Part shown: positions 25,048 through 37,246 of the stretch, piece by piece | Position numbering within the stretch: the stretch's first letter is position 1 | Layout of the letters: every line of letters begins with the position of its first letter | Assembly (NCBI RefSeq): GCF_030684315.1 | Contig: NC_081379.1 | Coordinates: 39,323,947-39,387,946 of the forward strand | DNA: 64,000 nucleotides | Direction of reading: 5' to 3' | Source: Stegostoma tigrinum | Taxonomy: Eukaryota | Position numbers and translations under genes: made by a program | The notes under the pieces: model-generated | Seen by the model: the letters and a program-made list of their open reading frames with translations, nothing else | The model's database searches: none | What the model was told of the DNA's origin: nothing

Positions 25048-25859
25048 GGGAGCTCAGTGTGATTTAAGAGGGGGTAGAGAGGGAGCACAGTGTGATTTAA
25101 GAGGGGGTAGAGAGGGAGCACAGTGTGATTTAAGAGGGGGTAGAGAGGGAGCACAGTGTGATTTAAGAGGGGGTAGAGAGGGAGCACAGTGAGATTTAAG
25201 AGGGGGTAGAGAGGGAGCACAGTGAGATTTAAGAGGGGGTTGAGAGGGAGCACAGTGTGATTTAAGAGGGGGTAGAGAGGGAGCACAGTGAGATTTAAGA
25301 GGGGGTAGAGAGGGAGCACAGTGAGATTTAAGAGGGGGTAGAGAGGGAGCACAGCGTGATTTAAGAGGGGATAGAGAGGGAGCTCAGTGTGATTTAAGAG
25401 GGGGTAGAGAGGGAGAACAGTGAGATTTAAGAGGGGGTAGAGAGGGAGCACAGTGTGATTTAAGAGGGGATAGAGAGGGAGCTCAGTGTGATTTAAGAGG
25501 GGGTAGAGAGGGAGCACAGTGAGATTTAAGAGGGGGTAGAGAGGGAGCACAGTGAGATTTAAGAGGGGGTAGAGAGGGAGCACAGTGAGATTTAAGAGGG
25601 GGTAGAGAGGGACCACAGTGAGATTTAAGAGGGGGTAGAGAGGGAGCACAGCGTGATTTAAGAGTGGATAGAGAGAGAGCACAGTGTGATTTAAGATGGA
25701 GTAGAGAGGGAGCACAGCATGATTTAAGAAGGGATAGAGAGGGAGCTCAGTGTGATTTAAGAGGGGGTAGAGAGGGAGCACAGTGTGATTTAAGAGGGGG
25801 TAGAGAGGGAGCACAGCGTGATTTAAGAGGGGGTAGAGAGGGAGCACAGTGAGATTTAA
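25048..25859. repeat. Minisatellite, 33-bp unit, ~24 copies
   Basis: Unit gggagcacagtg(t/a)gatttaagagggggtagaga. Gives the 11-aa periodic spurious ORF LPLYPLLNHTV. Confidence 0.97.
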
Positions 25860-26379
25860 CCCAGGCTGCACCTCCACCCTTTGAGACGACCCTGGTTAAA
25901 ATCAACAATGCTGCTCCCCACTTTTCTGTGACCAGTTCAGTCAAGCCAGTTGCCTGCCTGCCTGCCTTTTATTGAGGCTTCCCATATGGAGCAACATCAG
26001 CTCAGTTTCCCAATTGACATTCTTTAGATCAAGAAAGTCACTAAGAAATATCTTGTGACAAACCCCAGCTATTCACTTGACGAATAAGCAGCACTCCGAA
26101 AGCTATGATTTCAAATAAGCCTGTTGGATTGGTGTTGTGTGACTTCTGATTTTATTGAACAGAAGACTTTGAACTAACACTGTAAGAGTGGTCCTTGCTA
26201 ATTGGGTTTAGGATAAACCAAAGTCCCTACAAGCCAATCTGCACTGCTGTGAGCTCAGTACTTGTGGAGATGTACAGATAAGTCTGCACACTGCACAACA
26301 GTGGCTCCCCTAACTAATTTCTTCAAACTCAGCAAATAAGAAGACAGTTTCCTTATGTTGAGAATTTACAGTTCCAAAA

Positions 26380-27760
26380 TAAGACCATAAGATGTTGGAG
26401 TAGAGCTAGGCCATTCAGCCCATCAGGTCTGCTCTGCCATTCATTGATATCACGGCTGATCTGATTACCCTCAACTCCACTTTCCTGCCATTTCCCCATA
26501 ACCCTTGGTTCCATTCCTGATCAAAATCTATCTCAGTCTTGAAGTTACAAAATGACCCAGCCTTCACAACCCTCCCACAGTAAAGAATTCCACAGATTCA
26601 CTACTCTCTCATAAAAGAAATTCCTCTCACTTTGCCTTAAATGAGGGACTACTTATTCTAAAAATATGCCCTCTGATCCTAGAACCTCCCACAAGGGGTG
26701 GATCAACTTCTCAGCATCTACTTTATCAATTCCCTCTAAGAACCTTGTATCTTGAAATAAGGTCACCTGTCATTCTTCTAAATTCCAATAAATAGTAAAG
26801 ATTTAGTGATTTAGTTAAAATAGTAACTAGACCAATTCCCAGAATGAGGGGATTGTCCCACAAGGAGAAATTGAGTAGACTAAGCCTCTAAGTCCTAGAA
26901 TTTAAAAGGAAGAGAGGTGATTTCATTGAAACATTTAAAATTCTTAAGACGTTTGCGAAGGTAAATGGGACAAAATGTTCCCTGACTCAGGAAATCCAGA
27001 ACTAGGGAATCACAGACTCACAATAATGATTTAGACATTTACAAGTGAGTTGGAGAGAGTTTTATCACTGAAATGTTTGGTCATTGAATATATTCAAGAG
27101 ATGTTTTTTATTTAAAGGAATCAGGAGATTTGATATTATACAGGAAGGTAGGAGTGAATTAGAAGGTCAAAATGGCCTTGAATAGCAGAGCAGAATCGAG
27201 GGGTCTTTTTAAGCTACCTTCTTTCATAATTTATTAGGATGTGCACATAATTGGTAAGGCAAGCATTTGTTGGCCATCCCCCTAAGTAGGGGATGGTGAG
27301 CCACCTTCTCAAACAGTCCGTTTGGGGTAGATGCACCCACAATGCTGTCTGGGGAGAAATTCTACTTTTTAAAATCTGACGAGGTACGGGGATACATTTC
27401 CAGGTCTGGATAGTAAGTGGCTTCAACAGTAGCTTTGTTATAGTGGTGTTCCTATATGTCTACTTCCTTGCTTTTCTATATAGAAGTTGCATGTTTGGAA
27501 AGTATTATTATCAAAGGAGCCTTGTCAAGTTGCTGCAGTGCATCCTGTAGATAGTACACAATGCTGTCACTGCACATCAGTAATAGGATGAATGAATATT
27601 AAACTAGATATGGTGCTAATCAAGCAACCTGTTTTGTCCTGGATGGTGTGAAATTTCCTGAGTCGTGTTGGAATTGTCCTCATTCAGGCAGGTGAACAGT
27701 AATCTATCACTACTACTAATTTGTGTCGTGTAGATGTTTGACAGGCATTAGGGAATCTGG
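26380..27760. mobile_element. Cluster of LINE 3' fragments (CR1 minus ~26380-26770, CR1 plus ~26840-27200, CR1/L2-group minus ~27220-27760)
   Basis: Similarity to the other LINE tails in the window (taaagaattccacagattcac; ggatggtgagccaccttctcaaac). Confidence 0.6.
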
Positions 27761-28039
27761 GATCAGGCTGATATATTTTTCCTTAGTATCTGTATAATTT
27801 GTTAAAATGTCTTACAATCTTTTGTCTGTGAAGTGAGTTTTAATATTCAGTTGTTTGATGGAAATTAAATACTGCAAACATTTAGCTGGTAAGAATCAGC
27901 TACAAGCTTCCTTTGTCCTCTGCCCAGTAGATCATTCAGCTGTCATCCCAGGAGATATTCACCAAAGCTGCATCTGTGTAAGGAACATGGTCAAAGGGAG
28001 TCTTTGTTCATTAATTCCCTTCTAACTGTCAATAGTTGA

Positions 28040-28452
28040 ATGATTCATAGAGACTCAAGTCATAGAAACAGAGCCTTTGGTCCAACTTCTCTATGCTAAC
28101 CTGATATCCTAAATAAATTTATTCCCGTTTGGCTCCTATCCCCCTAAACTCTTCCTGTTCATGTACCCATCCAGATGGCTTTTCAATGTTGTAATTGTAC
28201 CAGCCTTCACCACTTCCTGTCAGTATACACATACCACACTCTGCGTGAAGAATTTTCCCCTTAGGTCCCTTTCATATCTTTCCCCCCCACTCACCTTTTA
28301 AACCTATGCCCTCTAGTATTGGACCCCTCTATCCTGGGAAAGTTGTCTGTTTACTCTATCCATGCCCCTCATGATTTTATAAAGCGCTACAAGGTCACCC
28401 TTCAGCCTTCGATGTTCCAGGGAACATAGCTCCAGCTTATTCAGCCTCTCTC
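28040..28452 (-). mobile_element. CR1/HER1-type LINE 3' end
   Basis: Reverse complement of the 10260-10700 tail. Confidence 0.8.
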
Positions 28453-29739
28453 TATCCTACTGAAACTGCAGTTAACAGTGAGGTGGAATAACTAGTTGAA
28501 AGATACGAAGCTACCAAAGATGTGGATTTTCACATAGCTATGCTTGGATAAAGTTAAAGCACAAGCAGCATGTTAGAATGTCTCAAAACTCAGAAGTTGA
28601 GAAATATGTGAATTTTCCAGTGAACGTATTGTCATATGTGTGCTTTTACATTTATTTGTAATTATTGTGAAGATGTCATCAATAATTTTTGAATAACTAT
28701 AAATGTGAAGCATATCTTTGCATGAATTCAACCCCCATGAGATTAAAAGCCAACATTCCTTTAACATTTTTGATTCTGTGCAGAAACTGTTTGGTTTGTG
28801 AATGAAGAACAAGTTACTTCACAGTTATGTCAAAAAAAAATTGTCATGGATTAATTGATCAATAAGTATTTGTTGATAAGTTATTTGTCATTGTGCTGTA
28901 AAGGTAGATCCGTGCTTGATAATGCAGTAAGCATAAGTAAACAATATCCTCCCTTTCATCACCCTCCACCCATTCCCACAGCACTAGCCCTTCATAGACT
29001 CTGCACTGCCTACTCACTTGCCCAGGACACCTCACCACCTGCACCAACACTATCAGCTGGGCCATCTACTTTCATTCCAGGAGAAAACAGCCCATAACAG
29101 GGGAGAAAGAGGTGGAATGGGTCCCTGATAACACGTTCGTCACCCACTACAGAGACAGAACCCTGTACCTCATAGAAGAGTGTTAGGACCCAGGAGGGGA
29201 GGACTGCCGAAAAACCCGTATCCCAACCAAGTCTCACTCTTTATTCCACTCCACAGTAACCTCGATGTAACTTCTATTCATTGTACATCGCTGCTGTCCC
29301 TTAGCTCTATCGTCTCTCTACCTTGGATCTCGTAGGTACCAGTGGGATGTTGATGGCCCCTACAAAGAAATGGCTTGCTCAGCCAGCAGCAAACCCCCAC
29401 CAGTCCAGATACTGACAGTTTCATGGGAATGTCAGATTTAGGAAATTTGGGAGGACAATCTGATGAGCACTGCCTTGTGACAACTCTGCAGCCGGCTGAA
29501 GAAGAAACTCCCCAGGTTGCTGACGTTCAGAGGGCTGCTGTACAGCTCCAGCAGAAGAAAGCTGAATCGTGTTGATGTGCACAGGTAGGTGCAGGAGCGT
29601 CAAGACAGTTACGTGGCACCCAATAACCCTCACAGCCCGGAGCTTACAGGAGTGCAGCTATGCCGTAGGGATCCAGCTGCCTCAAGCATGTTGCTGTGGG
29701 TCTGGAGTAATACGTAGGCCAGACCACAATAAGGATAGA

Positions 29740-31060
29740 AGTCATCCACAGTTACACCATTACCATCCCCTTCCTCCACTACATCGATGACTGTATTGGC
29801 CCTGCCTTGTGCTCCCATGAGGAGTTTGAACAGTTCACTCACCTCACCAACACCTTTCACACCAACCTCAAATTCATCTGGACCATCTCCAAAACCTCCT
29901 TCCCCTTCCTGGTCTTCTCTGCCTCTATCTCCGGCAACTAATTCAGCACCAACATCTATTTCAAACTCACTGACTCCCACAGCTTCCTGATGACACCTCC
30001 TCACACCCACCCTCCAGCAAGAATGCAATCCCATACTCCCAATTCTTTCTGCTTCAGCCAAATCTGCTCCTCGGATGAAGCATTCCGCTCCCCAACACTC
30101 CAGGTATCTTCCTACTTCAAGGACTGTAATTTCGCCTCTCCCATGATTCAGAATGCCTGCAACTGAATCTCCCACACTTCTGCCCTCAAACCCCTCAGCC
30201 CCCCAAAAAGAATGGATAGAGGCCTGGTCCCCAGCCAACCAACCTCTGAATCCAATGCATCATCCTCCACTTTTACCACCTATGATCGGACCCTGCCACC
30301 GGAGATATTTCCCTCCCCACCTCTACCTGCCTTCCATGGGGACCATTCTCTCCACGACCAACTCGTCCACTCCACACTCCCCACTAGCCCAGCACCTTTT
30401 CCTGCAACTGCAGGAAGTGCTACACCCGCCCCTACACCCCCATCCAAGGGGCCAAACAATCATTCCAAATTCAACAGGAATGCACCTGTACAACTTCTAA
30501 CCTGGTCTACTGCATCCGTTGCTCTCAATGTGGCCTCCCCTGCATTGGAGAGACCAAATGCAGTCTGGGTGACAGATTCGCAGAGCATCTATGCTCTGTG
30601 CGCTCCAACTGACACCACCTTCCAGTTCCCAGCCATTTCTACTCCCCTTCCCATTCCCTTGGCGACATACCCATCCTGGGCCTCCTCCAATGTCACACAA
30701 AAATTGGAGGAACAACATCACTTCAGAAGCTTACAGCCCGATGGCCTCAACACAGAATTCACCAGCGTCAAAATCTCCCCACCTGTGGCCTTATCCCATG
30801 TCCAACCCTCCCTCTCATCCTGCCTCCTTGATCTGATACAAACTATTCATCTCCTTTCTCACCTTATCTGCCCCAGCCTTCCCATTGACCAATCTCCACA
30901 TCTCCCTGCCTGCACCCACCTATCACCAACCCAAATCCCCTATTTCTGAGCTCCCTTCCCCCCCATCTCAGTCCTGGTGAAGGGTCCTGACCTGAAATGG
31001 CAACTTTCCTACTCCTCTGAAGCTGCCTGACCTGTCATGTTCCTGCAGCTCCACACTGTA
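29740..31060 (+). mobile_element. Penelope-like element remnant (RT C-terminus, GIY-YIG, 3' tail)
   Basis: YIDD-like motif (tacatcgatgac), F.PNLKFIWTIS and a CIRCSQCG zinc-knuckle/GIY-YIG region. Colinear with 38120-39440. Confidence 0.8.
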
Positions 31061-31157
31061 TTGTGTGTGAGCAGTGCAGATGGGAACTACAGTTGATCAT
31101 GTAGTTCCTTAAACCTGGTATGCCAATCAATAAGCTAGAAGTTGATTGTGACCTAGC

Positions 31158-31366
31158 TCAATGTAGCAGCAGAGATAATGGGAACTGCAGATGCTGGAGA
31201 ATCCGAGTTAACAGTGTGGAGCTGGATGAACACAGCAGGCCAAGCAGCATCTCAGGAGCACAAAAGCTGACATTTTGGGCCAAAAACATCAGCTTTCATG
31301 TTCCTAAGATGCTGTTTGGCCTGTTGTGTTCATCCAGCTCCACACTTTGTTATCAATGTAGCAGCA
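31158..31366. mobile_element. Palindromic short element with a perfect 14-bp TSD
   Basis: TSD tcaatgtagcagca at 31158-31171 and 31353-31366. Inverted arms gtgtggagctggatgaacacagcaggcc and ggcctgttgtgttcatccagctccacac. Confidence 0.8.
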
Positions 31367-31439
31367 TCCTAGCTGCTAAAACACAGATTGCCAACTTGGC
31401 CAAACAGCAAGGGATACCACGTACATCAGCCAAGTGAAA

Positions 31440-32220
31440 CTCTGAACTCACAAAACCCACACACCATACACACAGCAATCACAGCAGCCAGGTGCTATGA
31501 CATTAGCATGACGTAAAAGGCTGCAGACACACCCCCAACAACTTATCCACTAAACAAAGGGCAGCCCAGACAGAAACACAAAGAAGCGTGACAGTAGCAT
31601 GCCAACTAAATGAGTGGCTTGTTTCAAATTATTAAAACCTGAAGAGTAATACCTGAAACGTTGACTGCTCGGTTCCTTCAGATGCTGCCCGGCCTGCTGT
31701 GTTCTTCCAGCATCTGCAGTTTCTTTCCTGTCTCTATTAAGTGTATCTCCCTTAGAACTGATCAGAACTACAGAAAATTCCAGAAAACCATCTACAAGGT
31801 ATAAAAACAGAGTTCACCTGCAGACTGCTCTCGGAATCCTTTTCAGGACACCAGCACAGCAAGAGGCAGAGACCAGCTGACCGTTCACAGAGAAAGGGAG
31901 CGGGAGAGAGCAAGCGAAAGAAAGCAGCTTTGCAGACCCCGAGACAGAGCCACAGAAACAGTAACTATGTAAATTTACAAGCGACTGGGAAAATACAGTA
32001 ACCCTAAATGGCCAAATAGAATTAGGAATAATACATTTACTATTAAAAATTACAGTAAATTTGTTCCTAATAAAGTGGGAATGTTTTGCTTTGGTTCCAG
32101 CTTGTGTTTGTGTTGATTTGACTGCTTCGGTATTGTGGGATACCTAGGCAAATTCATTCATCACACACTGGTTAAAGTTGTGAGGAACCAGATGACACCT
32201 TCCCCCATATCCATTAACAG
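31440..32220 (+). mobile_element. Possible solo LTR-like sequence
   Basis: TATA-like gtataaaa at ~31799 followed by R-like sequence and AATAAA at ~32070. Termini not defined. Confidence 0.3.
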
Positions 32221-33686
32221 GCCTTCACAGAAGCAGAAAGAGGCACAGACAGATTAAATGCACAGTCAAAACGCGGGTAAAGGTGGTCGTCCAATTTAAC
32301 AAAGGGTACCATATTTTCTAGAGGATGAACAGCTAGAAACGCTGGCAATCCAAACAGAGTTCTGAAGGATCATCGTTGATCTGAAACTTCAACTATGGTT
32401 CTCTCCAGAGAAAACTGATCTGACTGCCTGAGTATTTCTAGCTAGTTTAGTTTTTATTTCAGATGTCCAGTGTATATATTATTTGTGTGGAGGTCTGAAG
32501 AGAATTGTGGCTACAGGTACATAAATCATTAAAACACCATGAACAGATTCAAAACTTCCCATGGAACCCTGGTCTTTAATATCAAACAAACTGACAGACA
32601 AGGGGATAGGGATGCTTCAACGATACAAAGTCCTGGTTGTACAACACCTGGAGTACCACAAGCCATTCCAGAAGGGTCTAGGCCCGAAACGTCAGCTTTT
32701 GTGATCCTGAGATGCTGCTTGGCCTGCTGTGTTCATCCAGCTTCACACTTCGTTATCTTGGATTCTCCAACATCTGCAGTTCCCATTATCCCTCTCCCAG
32801 ACACATCTTAGGAAGGAGCACCACAGAGGCATTACCGGAATAACCTTGGACTCCAAGGCTTAAATTCTGAGGAGATATTACACAAACTATGCTTGTGTTC
32901 CCTGAGGTTCAAAAGACTGGAGGATAATTTGATAAAGGAAATAAATAGGGTAGTGTCAACAACGGCTAAGTTGTTAGCACTTCTGTTTGTGTTCCCAGGT
33001 CCAAAGCAACCAGGGATGGTACTTCACAGCAGTAGAAGAGAAACTAAATGACAAAAGACCAAAGAACAAACCTAGGAACTTCTTCCCGGAACAATAATAA
33101 AGTTCCCTTTGCCCTCACTTTCATCATATCTACAAATGCTCATTCCCAAGATTGTTCTCTGCCATTTCTGGTGTGATGTTACACCAAATATCTTTCCCGG
33201 TCAGCATTCCAAAGGGATAGTTTTCTCCACAGCACCCTGGTCCACTCCTCCACTTCTCACAGCAGCTTGCCATGTGAGTGCAGGTACATAAAACACCTGC
33301 CGTTCACCTCCTCCCTTCTCTGCCCAAACATCCCTTCCAGGTGAAAGAGCAATTTACTCGTACTCCTTTCAATATAGTATACTGTAACCACTGCTCACAT
33401 TGTGGTCTGTTTTACATCAGAAAGGGCGATTATGATTCAAAACAGCTTGATTTGACTGGTGACCTACCAGTGCAACATTTTGCTCTCTCACGGTGCTTTG
33501 TCTGCAGCTGCGTTCCAATAAAGCTCAATGCAAACTTATTATCTTTTGAGTAGGCACTTTATAGCATATGCATGTATATAAAATCAAAATAGGTAGCTGA
33601 ACCATAAGTTGATTTTACCAATGACACAAACCTGAAGGAAATTTTTTTTAAATTGCAAGAACAGGAAAGTTTAAGATAATACATTA

Positions 33687-33750
33687 CAGTCGGTTCTGCT
33701 ATAAATGCACTACAGATCATGTTTCACTAACACAATTTGGTTTTTAATCT
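33687..33750 (+). mobile_element. Isolated Tigger/pogo-type terminal inverted repeat
   Basis: TA|CAGTCGGTTCTGCTATAAATGC is the inverted match of the element end at 37246 (reverse complement TA|CAGTCGGTTCTGTTACAATGC). Confidence 0.75.
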
Positions 33751-34658
33751 CTTGGTTCTAATTTCTTTAACAGGGCTGACATGTTAGATGGAGTAAAAAC
33801 AAAATACACAAGAATGTAACGACAAGAAGAAAAATAAACTGCTAGTTCTACAAGTGAGAGACACCCACTGGGTTTAAATCAGAGAGGGCAGGATGCAGGC
33901 TGCTGAATATCATCACATCAGGACAATTAGTGATCTGTGACAGGCAAAATTAAGTAGAATCTTTGAAGATGGAATCCAGAAAGAAACTGTCCCATTCCAG
34001 CATTCACTTCGATCAGTGTGACAGGAACACATGGACCTCAGATGCATGTTCTCATATTAAATTTAAACCATATATTTTTGATCACATTTAAGATGCAAGA
34101 TTTAAAACAAAAATATGTAAACGGCCGGCACAATTTTTAAAATCCTGTTCTGAAGATGTCCAGGTAAAGTGACATAATGCACTTGTTATACTGTGCACTT
34201 TAGTTCTGTAGCAGAATAAGTATCAGTACATAAACCCATGTATGAAGCTGCATTCGTTAATGATCTTCATCCTTAAACATATGAAGTTGCTTGATACCAG
34301 GAGTGTCCAAAGCTTTAGGTCCAAACTTAGGTCATGGCGCACACACGGTTCCTCGCTGTCCAATATAAAGGTTAAATGAATATTCCGGTTAATTGATGTT
34401 GACATTTTCATTTAGCGTTTATTGCCAAATGCACCTTTTCTAAATCTCCAAGATCATAAAATTTAAATAGTATGGAATATGCAATACTAAACTGAAACCA
34501 AGTTGATTGGACTTTGTGGGTTCAATCGCCAGAAGTTGTGGGCCATCATATGGACACTCTAGCTTTACATGGACATTCTACACTGAACGACCTTCCAAGT
34601 ATTCAGGTTTATAGCAAAAACATTGGCTGTCAAACATGAAACGGAAACAAAAACGCAC

Positions 34659-34822
34659 CAGAGACAATGACCCTGAAATCTGATCTGCGGGCAGCTGGTC
34701 CTGGTCTTCCTCTAGATCCACCGCCGACTCCGCCAACTCCTCTGCCTCTCTGGAATTCCACCCGTAAACGATAGACTCCATAATCATAACCATTTCTTCC
34801 ATAGACTGCGTCTTGTGCATCT
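34659..34822 (-). pseudogene. SRSF9: Orphan SRSF9-type exon 2 (end of RRM1, Gly linker, start of RRM2) with intact splice sites
   Basis: ttggcag|(R)[54 protein letters not shown](G)|gtgcgt. 164 nt, phases 2/1. GRNGYDYG and RRSDFRV point to SRSF9 rather than SRSF1. No exon 1 or 3 found on this strand. Identity is confident; pseudogene status is not. Confidence 0.75.
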
Positions 34823-35392
34823 CTGCCAATGCAAGGGGGGAGGAAGAAGTTAAGCCACAATTTTCCATCTATTTGGAAATTTCCTCCTATGTGTAACTCA
34901 AGGAAAGATCCAGTCAAAGTTGCCACCAACAGGATGTCTGTAATTGATCTATTTATTTCAGATGCTCCAGAGGATTCCCAGCGGAGAAGTAAACGGATGG
35001 TCCTGTTGGCTGAACAACGTCATCACAAGCTGCAAAGGTACACAGGTATATCAGCACAAAAAGAACTTTGGAGCTGAACCTAGAAAAAGAATACAATTTT
35101 TTTCAATTAAAAAAGGTTATGTTTCGAGGGTGGAGGGTCCTTCTGAACTTTATTGAACTAGGCTGATCATTTAGTACGAGTCCAACACACAGCTGAGTTT
35201 ACTACAATATTAGAATTGCACAATTTGTCTTCTGTCTCCAAAGCTTCTAACTGACTACAGTATAGAGGCTGTAAATGCACAATTCACAGACGTCATAGTG
35301 CTAAATTTTAATACTACATCCAATTAAAATTGTGACAAACATTTATTGTATATAGAGAAATTTTAAGATGTACAAATGCTGATAAAGTACTA

Positions 35393-35621
35393 CTAATAAT
35401 AGGGATAACAGCGTGAAGCTGGATGAACGTAGCAGGCCAAGCAGCATCAGAGCAGCAGGAAAGCTGACGTTTCAGGTCTGAACCCTTTTTTTGAAGAAGG
35501 GTCCAGACCCAAAGCATCAGCCTTCCTGCTCCTCTGATGCTGCCTGGCCTGCTACGTTCATCCAGCTCTACACCTTCTTATCTCAGATTCTCCAGCATCT
35601 GCAGTTCCTTCTAATTATAGG
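35393..35621. mobile_element. Palindromic short element (Penelope-tail family)
   Basis: ~85-bp inverted arms centred near 35490. Imperfect TSD ctaataatagg / ctaattatagg. Confidence 0.75.
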
Positions 35622-35623
35622 CA

Positions 35624-37246
35624 CAATCGGTTCTGCTACAACGTGATTGCTGCATTCCTGCGCAACATTGCATTACAGAAAATCGTGCTATAGCAATAAT
35701 GGAGCCTATGGGAAAAGTGGGGTTTGGCAGACCACCAAAAATAAACCAAAATCACTCAAAAGACTAACACAAAGGATAGTACAGCTTGAATAAGTGTTTT
35801 AATCATACTTAATAAATGAAATAAAAGTAAATTTAACACATTACCTTGACAACACATTAAGTTGACTTGACAGGGGAGGAGGTTTTGAGGTTGCTCTGTT
35901 GTTAATGCAGGGACTGAGGGTCATCATCGTCACCACTTTCAGGTGCAGTTGTGGTTGCAGGTTTAGGGTGAAAAATAGTTAATCCAGAAGTGGACGACTG
36001 TGGTTCATTGCTTTCCAACTGTTTCTTGGGGGTTGGCTTAGAAAAGACATTCAGTTTTTGTTGGTTTGCCCTTTCTCTCTGTTCATGAAGAAGCTTTTCA
36101 TAGGGTGCCAAATAAGACCTTATTCCACGAACTGCAACCCTGCTGCGTTCTGCATTATAATCGGTATCCTCTAAGAGTCGCAACTGTTTCTGAATTTCCC
36201 TCAGGATTGAAGACAAAACAGAAGTGGAAAGCTCTTGTGGTGCTGCATCCTGAACTACTTCAACTTCATCTCCAGCTTCCACTTCCCGCTCAGCGACAAG
36301 TTGTTGTAGATCAGCTGTAGAGAGATCTTCACAGTGGCCTTCTTCGTCAATTAATTTTACTATGGCAGGAAATGCCATTGCATGCTCCGCGTCTGCATTG
36401 GCAGCTTTGCCACATAACTTTATGTTATGAAAAGCATAGCGGTTCTTAAAACCAGCAAACCAGCCACTGCTAGCACTAAATGCAGGCACATCTGCAGGAT
36501 TTTCAGCTTTTTTTGTTAAATCTTCATAAATTGATAAGGCTTTCTCTTTTATGCTGAGAAAAGTGGTCCCAGATTGCTTTTTCATTTGATCTTCTATCCA
36601 TACACTTAGAAGGCGCTCCATCTCCTCAAGCTCCTTTGTCCGTGACCTCATAGATTTGCTAGCGCTCAGACTTGTTCCAGCAATATAACTTGCTTTGATT
36701 TTTTCGGCATTGTCTCTAATGGTGCGTAAGGTGGACTCCTTTATTCCTGTTACACGAACTATATCGCATGTTCTCTCATTACGCTCAAAACGCTTTATAA
36801 CATCTAGCTTCTCTTCCAGTGTTATAGCCTTTCTCTTACGTTCACCACCTGCAATTTTATCACCAGGACGCTTCCTGCTAACATTCTTGTCACTTTGTCC
36901 TCGCATTTTTGTGGGTAACACAGCAGAATTTGCAAAAATAAAACAAATATCACGGAGTACCGTACCCCTCACAGTAAGTGCTTCGCGCCAAAATCTGCGA
37001 AATGATCATGTGATGCTGGCGGGGAGACTCTTTTCAGCACTAACACTGCACATGCTCAGGACAAAGCTCGCAAAACAATCATGTCATGTTAACGTGACGG
37101 GAGATGTCGACGTGTATTCTGTGCACCCGATCGAATCGCTTCGTAACCAACACACATGTGCATTTTAGAAATAGCGCTCCCGTATTCTTTAGTCACATTA
37201 TAGCCAATTCGCATTGCTAGAACACGCATTGTAACAGAACCGACTG
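35624..37246 (-). mobile_element. Tigger/pogo DNA transposon, internally deleted
   Basis: TIRs caatcggttctgctacaacg (35624) and cattgtaacagaaccgactg|ta (37246) enclose a transposase-derived ORF. Confidence 0.9.
35902..36906 (-). CDS. Tigger-derived ORF, 334 aa: CENP-B-type HTH plus Tc5 HTH, DDE catalytic domain missing
   Basis: ATG at 36906 (aaaATG). RKRKAITLEEKLDVIKRFE...STLRTI, EMERLLSVWIEDQ...IKEKA and FSASSGWFAGFKNR are present. The ORF jumps from IDEEG to HCEDLSTADLQQL without the FNxDETG/DDE region. Confidence 0.7.
   Translation of the reverse strand: MRGQSDKNVSRKRPGDKIAGGERKRKAITLEEKLDVIKRFERNERTCDIVRVTGIKESTLRTIRDNAEKIKASYIAGTSLSASKSMRSRTKELEEMERLLSVWIEDQMKKQSGTTFLSIKEKALSIYEDLTKKAENPADVPAFSASSGWFAGFKNRYAFHNIKLCGKAANADAEHAMAFPAIVKLIDEEGHCEDLSTADLQQLVAEREVEAGDEVEVVQDAAPQELSTSVLSSILREIQKQLRLLEDTDYNAERSRVAVRGIRSYLAPYEKLLHEQRERANQQKLNVFSKPTPKKQLESNEPQSSTSGLTIFHPKPATTTAPESGDDDDPQSLH

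Noticed and set aside
24552-25859. Array of V(D)J recombination signals (many CACAGTG heptamers)
   Set aside because: No ACAAAAACC-like nonamer at 12 or 23 bp spacing and no V/D/J segments nearby.
25041-25877. 278-aa Leu/Pro-rich periodic ORF
   Set aside because: Translation of the 33-bp minisatellite; no other sign of coding.
28930-29600. Coding-like decayed segment with splice-like sites
   Set aside because: No frame gives a recognisable protein; probably an old repeat, family not supportable.
34962-35037. Plus-strand exon-like segment (atttcag|ATG...AAAG|gtacac)
   Set aside because: No recognisable product or partner exons; weak donor.
36695-37168. 157-aa plus-strand ORF
   Set aside because: Antisense shadow of the Tigger ORF.
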